Part shown: positions 12,053-25,904 of the stretch, piece after piece
How positions within the stretch are numbered: the first letter of the stretch is position 1
Layout of the letters: each line of letters begins with the position of its first letter
DNA from: Octopus bimaculoides
Lineage: Eukaryota
Direction of reading: 5' to 3'
DNA length: 64,000 nucleotides
Assembly (NCBI RefSeq): GCF_001194135.2
Contig: NC_068982.1
Coordinates: 26,185,214-26,249,213 of the forward strand
Notes under the pieces: model-generated
What the model was told of the DNA's origin: nothing
Databases searched by the model: none
Seen by the model: only the letters and a program-made list of their open reading frames with translations
Program-made: the position numbers and the translations under genes

Positions 12053-14183
12053 CTAAGATTATATGGTTATTTTATTTATAACGTCAGATTTCCTTATGCT
12101 TGCTAACTGAAAAATATTACTAAGGGAAAGAATACATGAAAAATATATCAGAAATGGAATATAACAGTAAAAGTTAACCAGATGTAATATGAAAGTTAAC
12201 CAGATGTAATATATAGGATGCAATATCATATCAGATATTTTAGATGATATATCAGTATCATAATACACTTTATCAATATATCTCAATTATATAAGACTAT
12301 ACTAAACATTCATTTTATAGGATTTTTCCTGTTTAAACTAAAAACATCAAGCTATATATGATAAGAATGAAATTGGAAATGGCGGAGATAAGTGATTTTA
12401 GTTATGAGTTTAGTTATGAGTAGTATCCATTTTTCCTCATGTATTTATGAGTGAATTTGAGCGTAAATTTGTAAATTAACGGTATACCGATCAAACTTAT
12501 ATCCAGATTTCAAGAAAGAGAGCTAATATTCAATTATTTCACATAGTTCTTGATCTTTCGCCATTACAGTGATCTATTAAATAGTAACTAAACATATCCA
12601 GTTAAAAGGAGAGAGAAGTGGGAGTGTTGAAATTCACACAGCGTAAATGAGCTAAAATTTACAACTGCTGAGATAAGAAACGAAGTAGCAATGTCGATTC
12701 TCGCAAATTTATCTCTTACTCAGTGGCACAGGTCATATTATAAGTATGGAAATGCTATCAAAATATAAAGCAAGAAAGTTTTGGGAATCATATAAGAAAG
12801 CGTTTTTGTTAAATTTAATATTATTTTAATGTGATAACTTTCCAAAGAAACTGAAAGTCATTTATGTGAGTTGTTTTAAACATATTTGTTGAATATAAGT
12901 TATGACGTCAAACGTTCATATGAGTTTATTGATGTTAGAAAAGTACGTGATTATGTTGAATTAACCAACAATTACCCCTATCAGTTAAAAGATTAATCAC
13001 TTTGATTAAATATCGTAAAATAGGTTTTCATTTATTTAACAAAGCTTTCGTAGTGTTACATACTTTACTGAAATTAAGATAAGACGACCCAGTCCGTTTG
13101 TGAGTCAATGAGAAAGCCTGTACAAGTTTGACCTTAAAAAGAAGGAAGTTCACATTGCAGAATGTAGTCACAGATATGCAAAATGATGAGACATTCACGA
13201 CTATAATGCCTGTTATCATAGATCTGCTTGATCAGAACAAAACTAGGGTTAAACAGCAAGAATAACCTACACTGTAATTCATAAATAGGCTTTTCTCTAA
13301 GCAAAAAAACAAAAAACAAAAAAACTCACGATGAAAAGCCACCTGAATATGCCATGCAAAAGGAATACTTTATTGTCACAACAGTCTTTACAGCTATACA
13401 TTCCATTATCGACAAATATCCTGACACTAATAACGTACTTCAGGCCATTATTGCAATATCACGAAAGAAAGCTAACCCAACCATAGATATAAGGCAAACA
13501 TAGAAACACACACACACTCACACACGCTAAAAACATTAGCAGAATAAAAAAAAAACCTGCAGTATTCTGCATCTGATGCGCATCCCAAAATTTAAATGTA
13601 AAAGAATAATGAGCCCCTTGCTTGCCTGAATCCACTGTACAGGATAAAAATTGTGAAAGGGAAAAATGCAGCATGTTCTGAAAACTACAGCTCCTCATAC
13701 TTCATGTCATTGCATGTCGGAGTTCGAAATGTGGTTCTCGAGCAGGCATCGCTGGATTACGCTTAGTGCTTCGATCGACTACTTATGCATTTAGTAAAAC
13801 ACTACGAGAAAAAAAAAAAGATATTCTTCATCAGCAAAATGTAATACTATTTCGCGCAGTGGGTAAATGTTTCGAGCAAGACACTTTGTCAGAGTGAGTG
13901 AGAGAGAGAGAGGGAGACAGAGAGAGAGGGGAGAAAGAGATAGAGAGAGAGAGGGGGGGAGGGAGTGAGCGAGAGAGAGAGAGAGAGAGAGAGAGACTGA
14001 CAGACAGACAGACAGATATGAAATATCAATTGAAGTTTAAGGGTAAATAATATACTTTCCTGTCATATCGGCTGATTACAGCTGAACTGAGTAATAGAAC
14101 AACACTAACTGTAACGATGGTTCAGACTTAAGTTTTGAAGAAGAGGAAGTTTAACTGATTGAACTATTCACAACATATTAATA

Positions 14184-14376
14184 CAGTAATCCCTCGCCAT
14201 GTCGTGGTTCACCTATCGCGGTTTATTATTTAAGCTTACGTCGATTCCTCCGTGGTGTTGTTTTGCATTTATAATAAAATGAATATATACAAATTATAAA
14301 AATAATTTTAAAAATATACAGTATATGGCGTGGGTGTGGTTCGAACGTAACACTTGCGTTAGTCGAGGGACTACGA
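14184..14376. mobile_element. Tigger/pogo-like MITE
   Basis: TA-CAGTAATCCCTCG ... CGAGGGACTACGA-TA: imperfect 13-bp TIRs with TA on both flanks. Confidence 0.4.
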
Positions 14377-16472
14377 TAGTGTCTATGTTAACGACACGGT
14401 AACGTTATAGGATCGAGTCAGTTCTGACGAGGACTGACGCCATGCTAAATACTGTAAATAGGTTAATATCTTTTTAATGCTTCAAACATACAAACAGATA
14501 AGCTAAGTCCAAATATGTTGTAAAACAGATATTATTTGGTGACTAGTCTGTTTTCCTCATTAAGTATGAGAGATATCTCCGAGTGTATCAACCTGATTTT
14601 GAATTTGAAGCAGATCCTAAATAACTTCGACATTAGCCTTTAGAACAAAAAGGTAAATATAATAACCACCAAAGGAGCCTCTACATGATTACTTGATCAA
14701 TTTGAAACACCACTGAAATTTCTCTCAAATCACACTCTGCTATATAAGATAAAGAAAGTAAACGTTAGATAAAGTAATTCTGCACACCATCAAAAATATG
14801 AAGTGATTACAGTTTGAATGCTTTTGATTATTTGTCTGCTGGAACAGAAAGTTTAATAGGACAAAACAGCAACAGCAAAAGTAAAAAGCAAAATTTTACT
14901 AATATGGCTAAGGGTAAGATAATCACTGCCAAGTTTTTTTCATACTAAATACAAATAAGGCATGGTCTCATTATAAGTAATATAGTGAAATGAAAACTGA
15001 TTCACTGAAATTCTTCACATAGTTAATAAACGATCATCCTTTTAGAGTGTCTTGAAGTCTGAAAACAACAAGCAAAAGAAAATATCTAAAACAATCAATT
15101 AATTGAAAGTTTTTGAAAAAACATAGAAAACGCGTAATAGTAGTGGATCTGGTCTTTATAACTAACTGTTGAAAGCAACTGAGCACCCCAACGAAGCATG
15201 TTCTACGCATACTGCATTTTTTATATCTTCCAAAAATTAATTTAATTAATTGATTTTATTGCAGTTATGTCACTGATTGTTATTTTTAGATTTTAAAAAT
15301 TCTTAGAGGAAAATTTTATCTATCAATTGCATAGATAATCTCCGTTAATCAAAGCTTTCCACTTACTATATTACAAATGTCTTTTCTGAGCTGCACATTT
15401 GTTGTAAAAAAATTAAAATTCATTAAAACTACTAAACATTTCTGTTGGGCCTCTTCTAAAATATAGAAGTTTTGAGAAGTTCTGATCTTCGAAAAGATTA
15501 AAACAACTCAAATATGCAGTGAAGAAAATAGAAATGTTATTCATTACTGTTTATTAAATATCTTTCATCTGTAATTACTGACTGTATTTTTAGTCAAACA
15601 TCCTACGGTTAGGCCAACAGAAATAGAAATATAAGACAGAGTTTTGAATGTAAGCAACTGTTGCTTTATTTCATTTTGTATATTCACTGTAAAGCTAAGA
15701 ATTTATAACTGTAATTTTATTTAAATCTTATAAATCATAATTTCTATTTTTTGAGATGATAATTAAACACAGTTTGAACATTGCATCACGATCCTAATTC
15801 TTTTCATATTGGTAGCAACAATAGGCCCATTCACTGTGTTCTTGACAAAAATCAAAACTGAAATTTCAGTAGTAAAATGCTCAGCGACAATGTACTTAAA
15901 CAGAGCAAACGTGACACTATGAAAATAAGTAATATAATAGCATTTCCGCGACAATAGAGTAACGATTTCATATATTTGCAAGATGTCAGTAGATGTCGGC
16001 AGATGTCAGCAATATTTCAGGAAGATGTCAAGTTGTCAGTAAGATGTCATAAATTTGTTGGAGTGGGAGAGAAGGAAAAATAACAGATTGAGTAATTTTA
16101 GATCAAACACCAACACGATTCAATAGGATAAGTCCAACAAAACCAGAACTAAAGAAATAGATGAAGGTTAGTATACATAACTCTACAGAAGAACTAAAGG
16201 CCCAGAAAAAAGCAGTTAATATTCAGTAACCTTTTGATTTTCAACAAGTGCACACATAGATGCACATTCATCAGACACACACACGCACCCCTACACACAT
16301 TTCTAACATTAAAACACTCTCAAATGAGAGTAACATTGATGCTGGATCACGCTTCAAAGTATAACTATCCTACGTGTATGCAACGAATATGCGCTGTATT
16401 TGTTATCAGTTATTATAAAAACATTTGCATTTATTAAATATTAGTATTTATTTCATTACTTTGTATAATCAC

Positions 16473-16692
16473 AAGGTGGCAAGTTGGTGGAATCGTTAGC
16501 TCGTCGCGAAAAATGCTTTGCGTCTCCTGTTCTTACTCTTACCTATTTGAGTTCAAATCCCGTCGCATTCAACTTTGCCTTTCATCTCTCCAAGGTTGAT
16601 AAAATTAAGTACCAGTGAAATATTGTGTGTGATGGTATCGACTAACATCGTCTATTAAAAAAATCCCGTTTTGAACCCAAATCAGAAACGAT
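16473..16692 (+). mobile_element. SINE family 1, diverged copy
   Basis: ggaatcgttagc head, gagttcaaatcc B-box-like motif and caactttgcctttcatc...gataaaattaagtaccag core. Confidence 0.75.
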
Positions 16693-16820
16693 TATCTTGC
16701 ATAAATATCATTAAATATGATAAAAACAGTTCAATTGTAATTTTAATTATGTAATATTATCAGACATTACTCATCCTGGTTAATGTATATTGCTTTCATT
16801 ACCCGCTATATGATGACTAA

Positions 16821-16922
<102 letters not shown>

Positions 16923-17599
16923 CATACAGAAAGAGAGAGAGAGAGCTGAGTGTGTGGTAATCTGCCAGGATGCATAAGTTAGCACACGATTAGTGTTCGA
17001 TATTCGAAGTACGTTCAATTCTCAAGGCCGTTTTACACACACATTGAATAGAATGACATAAACATGGGTCAGGCTATAACGAGGCAACAAGAGCCACTCA
17101 CTCTGTTATTATTTCTGCTTCATTTGAGCATAACAAATTATAAAAGTGTAGAAAGTATTTGATTAAATACATATATTAAATGAGTTTATTCCAAGACAGA
17201 TAAGAATCGTAAATAGAAGGAGGTAAATCGCCGCTTTCTAGAGAGCCTTCTTTAATTCTCTCTCTCTCTCTCTTCCTGCCTCACAGTGACCGATAACTAG
17301 TGATGAGATCACAAAATTCGGAAGAAAAAACACGTACATACATATATACATACATACACATGTGTCTGTAGATGTGTGCTTGCGTATTTTCATATAATGC
17401 ATTATATACGTTCATATCTATCTGCATGTATGTATGTATGTATGTATATATANNNNNNNNNNNNNNNNNNNNNNNNNNNNNNNNNNNNNNNNNNNNNNNN
17501 NNNNNNNNNNNNNNNNNNNNNNNNNNNNNNNNNNNNNNNNNNNNNNNNNNNNNNNNNNNNTATATATATATATATATGAGAAATGAAAAAAATGCATAG

Positions 17600-18610
17600 T
17601 AGATAAACAAAGACAGATGAAAAACGAATGTGTATATAACTGGACGGGGGCCAGACACTGAGGGTGCCTCATTTTTCATCAGTTATAAATCAAATAGTAA
17701 TTCTCAGTTTGGCACCATTAATGATAAGACCGAGGACGTACCATATTGGCGCTGCCTGCGAAAGTTGCAGAGAGTGTAAGGTCGTAAGCAAACAAAACCT
17801 AAAAATGTAATCTAAGACCATGGACAAAGATGAAATAATTAGGAAACGAGTAAAATACGGCCTTGGGGCCCAAAAGAAAAGAATGGTGGGTAACGCTTAT
17901 AAGAAATCCTGAAGGATAAGAAAAAGACAGCAAATAGCAACACAGCGAAATATTCTTTGTAACCGGACAGCTGGGCGTAAAAAAGGAAGGGAATGAAGGG
18001 AAGCTGGCCACGGGCAGGGGTCACGATCAGGTAGATGAGAAAGGAGAGAGAGTGCGACGGAGAGAAAATAAGGGAAGAAATGGAGGGGGAAAGAGGAAGG
18101 AGAAAGGCTACAAATACAACTGAGAGAGCGAGAGTTCCCCCACCGATTTGTTTCTTTATTTTCTCTTTAACACGCTTTCTCTCCCTTTTCCTCCACCTGC
18201 TGTTAAACACAAGACCCATGGCCAGCTTCCCTTCATTCACTTCCATTTTTTCATCAGTTGCTCAGCAAATTTAATTCGTCCTTAGTCGAAAGACACCTGT
18301 TGTTATGTCCTGTTATTATTTTTATTGTATTTGTGTAACATTGTTCGTTTTTTTCCGTCCTTGTTTTTGTATACGTTCGCTGCTTTCTTCCAAGGAATCT
18401 AATGCTCTTAGCTTAGTTTTTCCTTGGGTCTGGCCAGATTGGAGCAATTTCGAGAATAACCAACCGAAATTGCGAGGATAATCTGGATCTCGACTAATGA
18501 AAGAAAACTCCGAATGACCTGTCTTTATTTTCTTTGTATCGTCTAACTGGATGTTTTATAATACCTAACTGTCTGGATGTTTTGCGTTCTTGTCCCATTT
18601 TGTATTATAT
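17600..18610. repeat. Head-to-head pair of related pyrimidine-rich repeats, possibly PLE-derived
   Basis: About 30-nt inverted match between 17985-18014 and 18215-18245 (tggccagcttcccttcattc). Each unit runs outward to a CT(G/A)ATGAA motif and then a (TA)n tract or gap. Confidence 0.3.
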
Positions 18611-21600
18611 NNNNNNNNNNNNNNNNNNNNNNNNNNNNNNNNNNNNNNNNNNNNNNNNNNNNNNNNNNNNNNNNNNNNNNNNNNNNNNNNNNNNNNNNNN
18701 NNNNNNNNNNNNNNNNNNNNNNNNNNNNNNNNNNNNNNNNNNNNNNNNNNNNNNNNNNNNNNNNNNNNNNNNNNNNNNNNNNNNNNNNNNNNNNNNNNNN
18801 NNNNNNNNNNNNNNNNNNNNNNNNNNNNNNNNNNNNNNNNNNNNNNNNNNNNNNNNNNNNNNNNNNNNNNNNNNNNNNNNNNNNNNNNNNNNNNNNNNNN
18901 NNNNNNNNNNNNNNNNNNNNNNNNNNNNNNNNNNNNNNNNNNNNNNNNNNNNNNNNNNNNNATAATATAGATTTAATCAAAAGATTAAATGTGGTACTTA
19001 AAATGTTTGAGGCACCAGAATTTGGTAGGGTAAAAAACCAAAAACAAAATCAAGAGATTTGGTGAATAAAATTTGAAGATAAGCAAAAAAAATTCAATAG
19101 GTTATAGCAGTACGTACGTTTCGTACAAGCTCCATTTATTCATGTAGTGAGAACGCCACAGAATGTACAATGAAAACGTACTCCTCAGCTGCATATGAAA
19201 ATACGCTTGCGCACTGCAAGCAAATTGCATATATATACATATGCATTCCTTCACCTCAGATATCACTACTATTACTCTGTCTGAAATGCTTTCAGCAAAT
19301 CGCTTACAGCTTCAGTTCCATTTCTTCCCACCTCGTATCCGAGCTATACGCAAAATTTGCAATATATAATGCGTAGGTGAAATTGAAAATCGTTTAAGAT
19401 AGAGCTTCCACAAACATCCCTGATCATATTTCAGTGTTCAGAATGTCTGAACATCAATGATCCTCTAGTTGATGTTTTTAATGGATTAAAATGATGGTTA
19501 TTTGCGTAATCTTATCACATTCTTATCTCTTCTCTACCTCTTCCAACTTCTCACATCCGAGACCGTTTGGATCCGTATAGATTTGCGCATATTGACACAA
19601 ATCTCCACCTCCTTCATCTGTACCCCTTCTGTCTTCCTTCCCTATTGCAGTAATATTTACCGCCTTACGCTGACTGTCTATTCACAAATATCCTTCTACC
19701 CCAGCTACCAAACCCCGTCTTTCTCTTTCCTTACTCATATTTGCTCATACATGCTTTTTAAAAGCACGACTAGTTTTAAGTCTTTAGAAAATTTGTACTC
19801 GTTTCAACGCACATTTCTCGTTCCCTGATTCTACGTATCATCGTTTCTTCACTACCAAAATAATATACCAAAATTTTTTTCGTTTTTGTTAGTGTTAATG
19901 TATTTATGCATGTTGATATGCACGCGCGCACACACACTCGCAGTCCCTTCGACGTTAAATATCTATTTCATTCATCGCTAAACTTCTCTCTACATTTCAT
20001 TTTATGACTCTCGATAGATATCCTTTCACCAACATTTCGCCTCTCGCTTGTTTATTTCCTCTTAATCCTAACGTATATATTCTTAGTATTACTTTAAAAT
20101 TTTAAAAACACTTTTCTCTCTCAGTCAAAGTGCTTGACCCAAACTGTTAGCATTTTCTTCTTCCCAAAACATATGTGCTTATTTAAATCTACGGTCTTCA
20201 CTAAAGAATTTTTGAAGTACACCAGTTTTCTCGTACATTGCTTAGTTTTTAATAATTACGACAGTAGATTGTAAAAAAGCTGAAATATATTGAGTTATTG
20301 CCATTTTAGTTCTGTGTTCAAATGCCCCCAAGGTCGATTTTGCCTTCCATCTTTCTGGAATCGATAAAATAAAGTACTGAAGTGAATATAATGGACCATA
20401 TCCCTTCTCTAAATCCGAGACTTTCTACCTGTATAAGCTATAAATATTCGCTTTCAGAAGGCCTTCCAATAATGTAACATGAATGACAGCTGAATAGAAT
20501 TCATGAAATGAATGAGGTTGTAGAGAATATAAAAATAGCTGGGCAATATTATTGGAGACACAATCAAGGAAACTTCAGCCATCACTGGATTTAATATCAC
20601 TATTACATGGTCCTAGGGTACCTTTTTGGGTACCACATTGTTACTAATATTCAGACCACGTTTCCAGCTCGAAGGTATCCAGTTTCTTGTCATACCGCTT
20701 CCTTCAGTAGAAGCACATCAATCATAATTTCGTACTCCTTTTTCCCCTTACCAGTCTTGGAGACCTTGCATAAGGCCATGGAATCTACTCTTCCTTCTCT
20801 GAATAAGCCATAAACAATGGAAAAGAAATAAAGAAAGCTGCTTAAGATACAATGAATTACAGAAGCATTGTAAATGTCCAATTTTTAATAAAACTGAAAT
20901 GTTCTAAGAAAAGAAGAATGTTAGAAATGGCGGCAATATTGTCGAGATATTTTATATGGAAACTAATAATCATTCTTAATGGAAATCGTTTTGTCTTTGT
21001 CAAACTAAAACGTTAAGAAAAGGTTTTAAGACACTGATGTCTGTTTGTCGGATTATTTCTTTTTATCTTAAAATATAAACTCATTTCGGAAAGAAATATA
21101 TGAATGAGACATTATGTTGTAAATGTATATGGGGTACATTCTTCTATAATTAATAGCGTTACTATTTTGTGACACATTTCATTTAATGCGCAATAGTTTC
21201 TCTTTTTCTCTTTTATTCCTACATATTACCAATTAAATTAATATTGTGTTCTATATTCAACAATATCAATAACTTGCATACCAGTATTTCCATTTTCCGG
21301 CCATTTTCAAAACTATTTGCTATTGAAGCACACATAGATAATGTTAATGAGAAATCTAATAACAGTTTGAGATACCGAGAGTCTTTCGGTCCGGAGGCTA
21401 GTCTAATCATTCCAAAACCAATAATTATCCTGTAGTTTTCGCCTGCGCTGAGTTACGTGTAAAGTTTGTTGCTTATGCAGATTATTGTCTTTTCCACAGG
21501 GGTTGTTTGCTTTGTTGCAAACTATTAAGAAATCTTAATTAGAATTGTATTATATTTAAATAGGAAAGGGTTACTGTACTTATAGAATTTTAGTATTAAA

Positions 21601-22231
21601 CCAAAGAGATCTGATCCGAAGGATTTTTGGTCCACGCATCCGTTATATTAATGTTATAGGAGGCTTTCTAGTGCAGATGTTTAAGTCGGTTCTCAGGCTG
21701 TTGTAGATTTTTAACTTTCCATTTTCAAATCGCTCAAATGTTTCGCATTACAATTTGGTAAGATTCCTGGTATGTCAAATAGTTTCGAGAATATTATGCT
21801 AGAAAAACAGAACAAAAAAACATAGTTATTGCAAAGATTTTGCCGGAGCAAGAATTCCGATCTAGCTATTTCATCTGATGCTAGTATGGTACAGTAAGTT
21901 GGTACGGAGGTAAGTAACCCTGTAGGATTATTTATTTCAATCATACACCGAAATTTACTATGATCTTCGACATATAGAGTGACAATAGGTGAGGAATATG
22001 CATTATCACTCTATTCCTTTTTCAGGCTTGAAGATAATACAAGTTGAACTGCAAACTTCATTGATATTTACGGAAATTTAACCTTAAACTTAATAAACCA
22101 TTTAATATACCGTATTTAAAACATCCTTAAATCAACATAACCTCGTACCACATGCCTGCTGTATTTAAAACTCTTAAATAACATCAGTGAAAGTATTTCC
22201 AGTTCATTCCTAACTATGAATCTTTTCTTTT

Positions 22232-22526
22232 GAGCCTAGTACTCATTTTATTGATCTCTTTTGTCGAACCGCTAGTTATTGTGACGTAAACAAACCAACA
22301 CCGGTTGTCAAGCGTTGGTGGGGGACAAACACTGACACAAACAGGCACACACGCGCATACATAGATATACAAGAGGCTTCTTTCAGTTTCTGCTTACCAA
22401 ATCTACTCACAAGGCTTTCATCAGTCTGAGACTATAGACATTTGCCCAAACTGCGACCCAGTGGTACTGAATCCGAAACCATGTGGTTGAGAAGCAAGCT
22501 CCTTACCATGCAACCGCACCCGCGCC
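22232..22526 (-). mobile_element. tRNA-derived SINE family 2 (CORE-like middle, RTE-like tail)
   Basis: Reverse complement reads ggtaaggagcttgcttctcaaccacatggtttcggattcagtaccactgggtcgcagtttgggcaaatg...gccttgtgagtagatttggtaag, followed by the tail. Confidence 0.8.
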
Positions 22527-22994
22527 ATATCTGTAAATATGTGAGTTGTAGTAAATAAATATATAACAAAAAAAGGAAAATTCACACAATTTATATAATT
22601 CTTATATATTTTATAAGATAGAATATTTATATAGTCTTACCGGTTTCGCGTTGCACTAATCACGACTGGGAAATTGGGGAAAATATTGAAATTCCGTAGT
22701 ATCTTAAGGAGTTTTCAGTCCATGCTGGTTGCGTGAGAGTTTGTTCCTAAATGAACTAGAATATAAATAAGTCTAAGGGCAGGTAATTAGTGATTGTTAT
22801 TATTTGAGACAGGGGAAGTAATTTCTCTTTTTCGGGAGTACACTATTTGTGGGGTACACTTTTTTTGGACGGTAAATTTATAGCATTTATATCACGAAGT
22901 TATAAATTTATGAATCAAAATAATGAAATAAAACATGTACAAAGCTGGTTATACGTTCATGAATTAAAATATTTACAAAATCCAAAACTGGCTG

Positions 22995-23560
22995 TGTATT
23001 TGACGGGAGGCTGCTCCTGATGTGGCGAGTAAATACTTTCTCAAAGCGCTGGTTGTTAAAACATCTTAGAGTCATGTATCAGTGAGATAACTCACCTCCA
23101 ATCTCATTTAGGAGTGATTGACATCGATGTTTCATCATTTGTGTGGCGTGTCAACATCACGTACCAGACCATGATCGGAGATGAGTCATTTCGCCTGTTC
23201 ATGGCTTATATGCTCATAGAGTGAAAAACCATGTGCGTGTATGCCCGGCCAATGTATGCGTAAGAATAGATTCAAATATGAACTAGAAACAGCACTAGTG
23301 TAAAAATATTATCAATCACGTATACTTCACATATAATAGGAATGTATTTGCTGGCAGGCTCCTCCTGGCAAGACGGAGAATACTCTCTTAGTTACATGAT
23401 GCTGACATGCCACAAAAATGGCGAAAAATCGATGTCCACCATTCCTAGATGGGATCGAGGGTAAATGACCTCTCCTGTCCATGACTTTAAGGTGTTTTAA
23501 CGCCCGACGTTTTAGGAGAATATTTTCCATCACACCAATAGCAGCCTATCTTCAAATACA
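22995..23560. repeat. Degenerate foldback element: inverted arms of about 170 bp (22995-23163 and 23393-23560)
   Basis: ttaaaacatcttagagtcatg vs ttaaaacaccttaaagtcatg, and gacatcgatgtttcatcatttgtgtggcgtgtcaacatcacgta vs gacatcgatttttcgccatttttgtggcatgtcagcatcatgta (reverse complement). Confidence 0.65.
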
Positions 23561-23628
23561 TGAAGGATGTACGTTGAGTATATGTGGTTCATAATATTTG
23601 TTATACTAGTGCCGGTTCTATTTCATAT

Positions 23629-23666
<38 letters not shown>

Positions 23667-24659
23667 CCTTAACANNNNNNNNNNNNNNNNNNNNNNNNNN
23701 NNNNNNNNNNNNNNNNNNNNNNNNNNNNNNNNNNNNNNNNNNNNNNNNNNNNNNNNNNNNNNNNNNNNNNNNNNNNNNNNNNNNNNNNNNNNNNNNNNNN
23801 NNNNNNNNNNNNNNNNNNNNNNNNNNNNNNNNNNNNNNNNNNNNNNNNNNNNNNNNNNNNNNNNNNNNNNNNNNNNNNNNNNNNNNNNNNNNNNNNNNNN
23901 NNNNNNNNNNNNNNNNNNNNNNNNNNNNNNNNNNNNNNNNNNNNNNNNNNNNNNNNNNNNNNNNNNNNNNNNNNNNNNNNNNNNNNNNNNNNNNNNNNNN
24001 NNNNNNNNNNNNNNNNNNNNNNNNNNNNNNNNNNNNNNNNNNNNNNNNNNNNNNNNNNNNNNNNNNNNNNNNNNNNNNNNNNNNNNNNNNNNNNNNNNNN
24101 NNNNNNNNNNNNNNNNNNNNNNNNNNNNNNNNNNNNNNNNNNNNNNNNNNNNNNNNNNNNNNNNNNNNNNNNNNNNNNNNNNNNNNNNNNNNNNNNNNNN
24201 NNNNNNNNNNNNNNNNNNNNNNNNNNNNNNNNNNNNNNNNNNNNNNNNNNNNNNNNNNNNNNNNNNNNNNNNNNNNNNNNNNNNNNNNNNNNNNNNNNNN
24301 NNNNNNNNNNNNNNNNNNNNNNNNNNNNNNNNNNNNNNNNNNNNNNNNNNNNNNNNNNNNNNNNNNNNNNNNNNNNNNNNNNNNNNNNNNNNNNNNNNNN
24401 NNNNNNNNNNNNNNNNNNNNNNNNNNNNNNNNNNNNNNNNNNNNNNNNNNNNNNNNNNNNNNNNNNNNNNNNNNNNNNNNNNNNNNNNNNNNNNNNNNNN
24501 NNNNNNNNNNNNNNNNNNNNNNNNNNNNNNNNNNNNNNNNNNNNNNNNNNNNNNNNNNNNNNNNNNNNNNNNNNNNNNNNNNNNNNNNNNNNNNNNNNNN
24601 NNNNNNNNNNNNNNNNNATATATATATATATATATATATATATAGTTCAATTTTACAAA

Positions 24660-24790
24660 AAACAAAGGACACAGACAGGTGAGGGAAAAACAAGCACGTA
24701 TACTTGTTTGACTCTCAGTTAAAATGGAAAAGTCTTTGAGGTTTGGAGCCTACGCTCTTGGACAGAAAGAGATGAGAGAAAAAAATAGAG
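24660..24790 (-). mobile_element. Short repeat (same family as 30615-30760) with a decayed minimal hammerhead at 24733-24770
   Basis: Reverse complement reads TCTTT-CTGTCCA-AGAGC-GTAG-GCTC-CAAA-CC-TC-AAAGA, homologous to the 30631 motif with core mutations. Confidence 0.55.
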
Positions 24791-24809
24791 ATAGAACGGA
24801 AAAATGGAA

Positions 24810-24909
24810 GAATGTTTTCGACAGTGACATCGAAGTTTCGGCCAGCTAACTCATCTTCGGACTGTGAAACAAGTAGGCCGAAACTTCAAAATGACTGTCA
24901 AGAACATTC
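24810..24909. repeat. Hairpin with inverted arms of about 34 bp, overlapping a hammerhead-like motif at 24821-24865 (minus)
   Basis: gaatgttttcgacagtgacatcgaagtttcggcc / ggccgaaacttcaaaatgactgtcaagaacattc. Minus strand reads ACAGT-CCGAAGA-TGAGTTAGCTGGCC-GAAA-CTTCGATG-TC-ACTGT. Confidence 0.55.
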
Positions 24910-25371
24910 TTGTATGAAAATAATAAATTTGTATCCTACAAAAGTATAGAGCAGCTGATCAGAATAGTGTAAAATTGTTTTCATTATAACCGAGCGTAAA
25001 ATAAGACCTTTATATATATATATATATATACACACACATATATACATATATGGTAAGTGTAACTATTTCTCCTTAGATTGAAAAAAAAAATCATGAATAG
25101 CTTCAATCGTTTTTCGAACCGTATTGGGTTCTTATCAGAGGTATCTACATCATTCTAACCAATCCAAGAAAAATCAAGCAGCCCCACTGTTTATATACAT
25201 AACAAATCATGTAGCTATAGAGGAGAGGAGCCGCTAATGTCCATATCATAAGTGTATTACATTTTATTGAATATCTGCGGCCTGTCAACGGGCATGTCAT
25301 TCCATACAGTATCAAGGTATGATATAATATATATCATCAATGCAGTAGATATATAATCTGGGCCTATTTAG

Positions 25372-25545
<174 letters not shown>

Positions 25546-25853
25546 CTGTAGGGTATGTTCAATGTTTTTAATCGCTCCTCGATTTCGCCAGGTTGTTAAC
25601 TTTTTAGTAATATAGTGGCTTATTTGAGTATTTTTCGACTTTTACTTCTAGCGATGCTGGTACTACGTAGTACTCTCGATTATAATTTATAATTTTACCT
25701 CTTTGGTTTTATGCTTGCTAGCCATTTATATTACTATTATATATTAATAATAATATCTTTATTTATATATATATACACACACATGTATATATCTATTTAT
25801 ATGTAAATATTATATATATATATAACATATATATATATATATATATATATATG

Positions 25854-25894
<41 letters not shown>

Positions 25895-25904
25895 CACATA
25901 TTTA

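Noticed and set aside
13760-13840. Other CTGATGA hits (here, about 16270, about 38140 and about 44508)
   Set aside because: Stem I does not close or GAAA is missing; such 7-mers are expected by chance.
19500-19830. 108-aa ORF or possible RTE endonuclease remnant on the opposite strand
   Set aside because: Pyrimidine-rich composition explains the ORF, and the endonuclease resemblance is too degraded to call.
20752-20798. Minus-strand 47-nt mini-exon (ttattcag|...ACTG|gtaagg)
   Set aside because: Good splice sites, but too short to assess and no convincing phase-1 partner downstream.
21219-21990. Further cadherin-like peptides on the minus strand (SDNAYSSPIVTLYVED, FGMIRL; also about 13330-13460 and 15763-15981)
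   Set aside because: AT-rich DNA readily yields I/V/F/Y-rich beta-strand-like text, acceptors are poor and phases are inconsistent.
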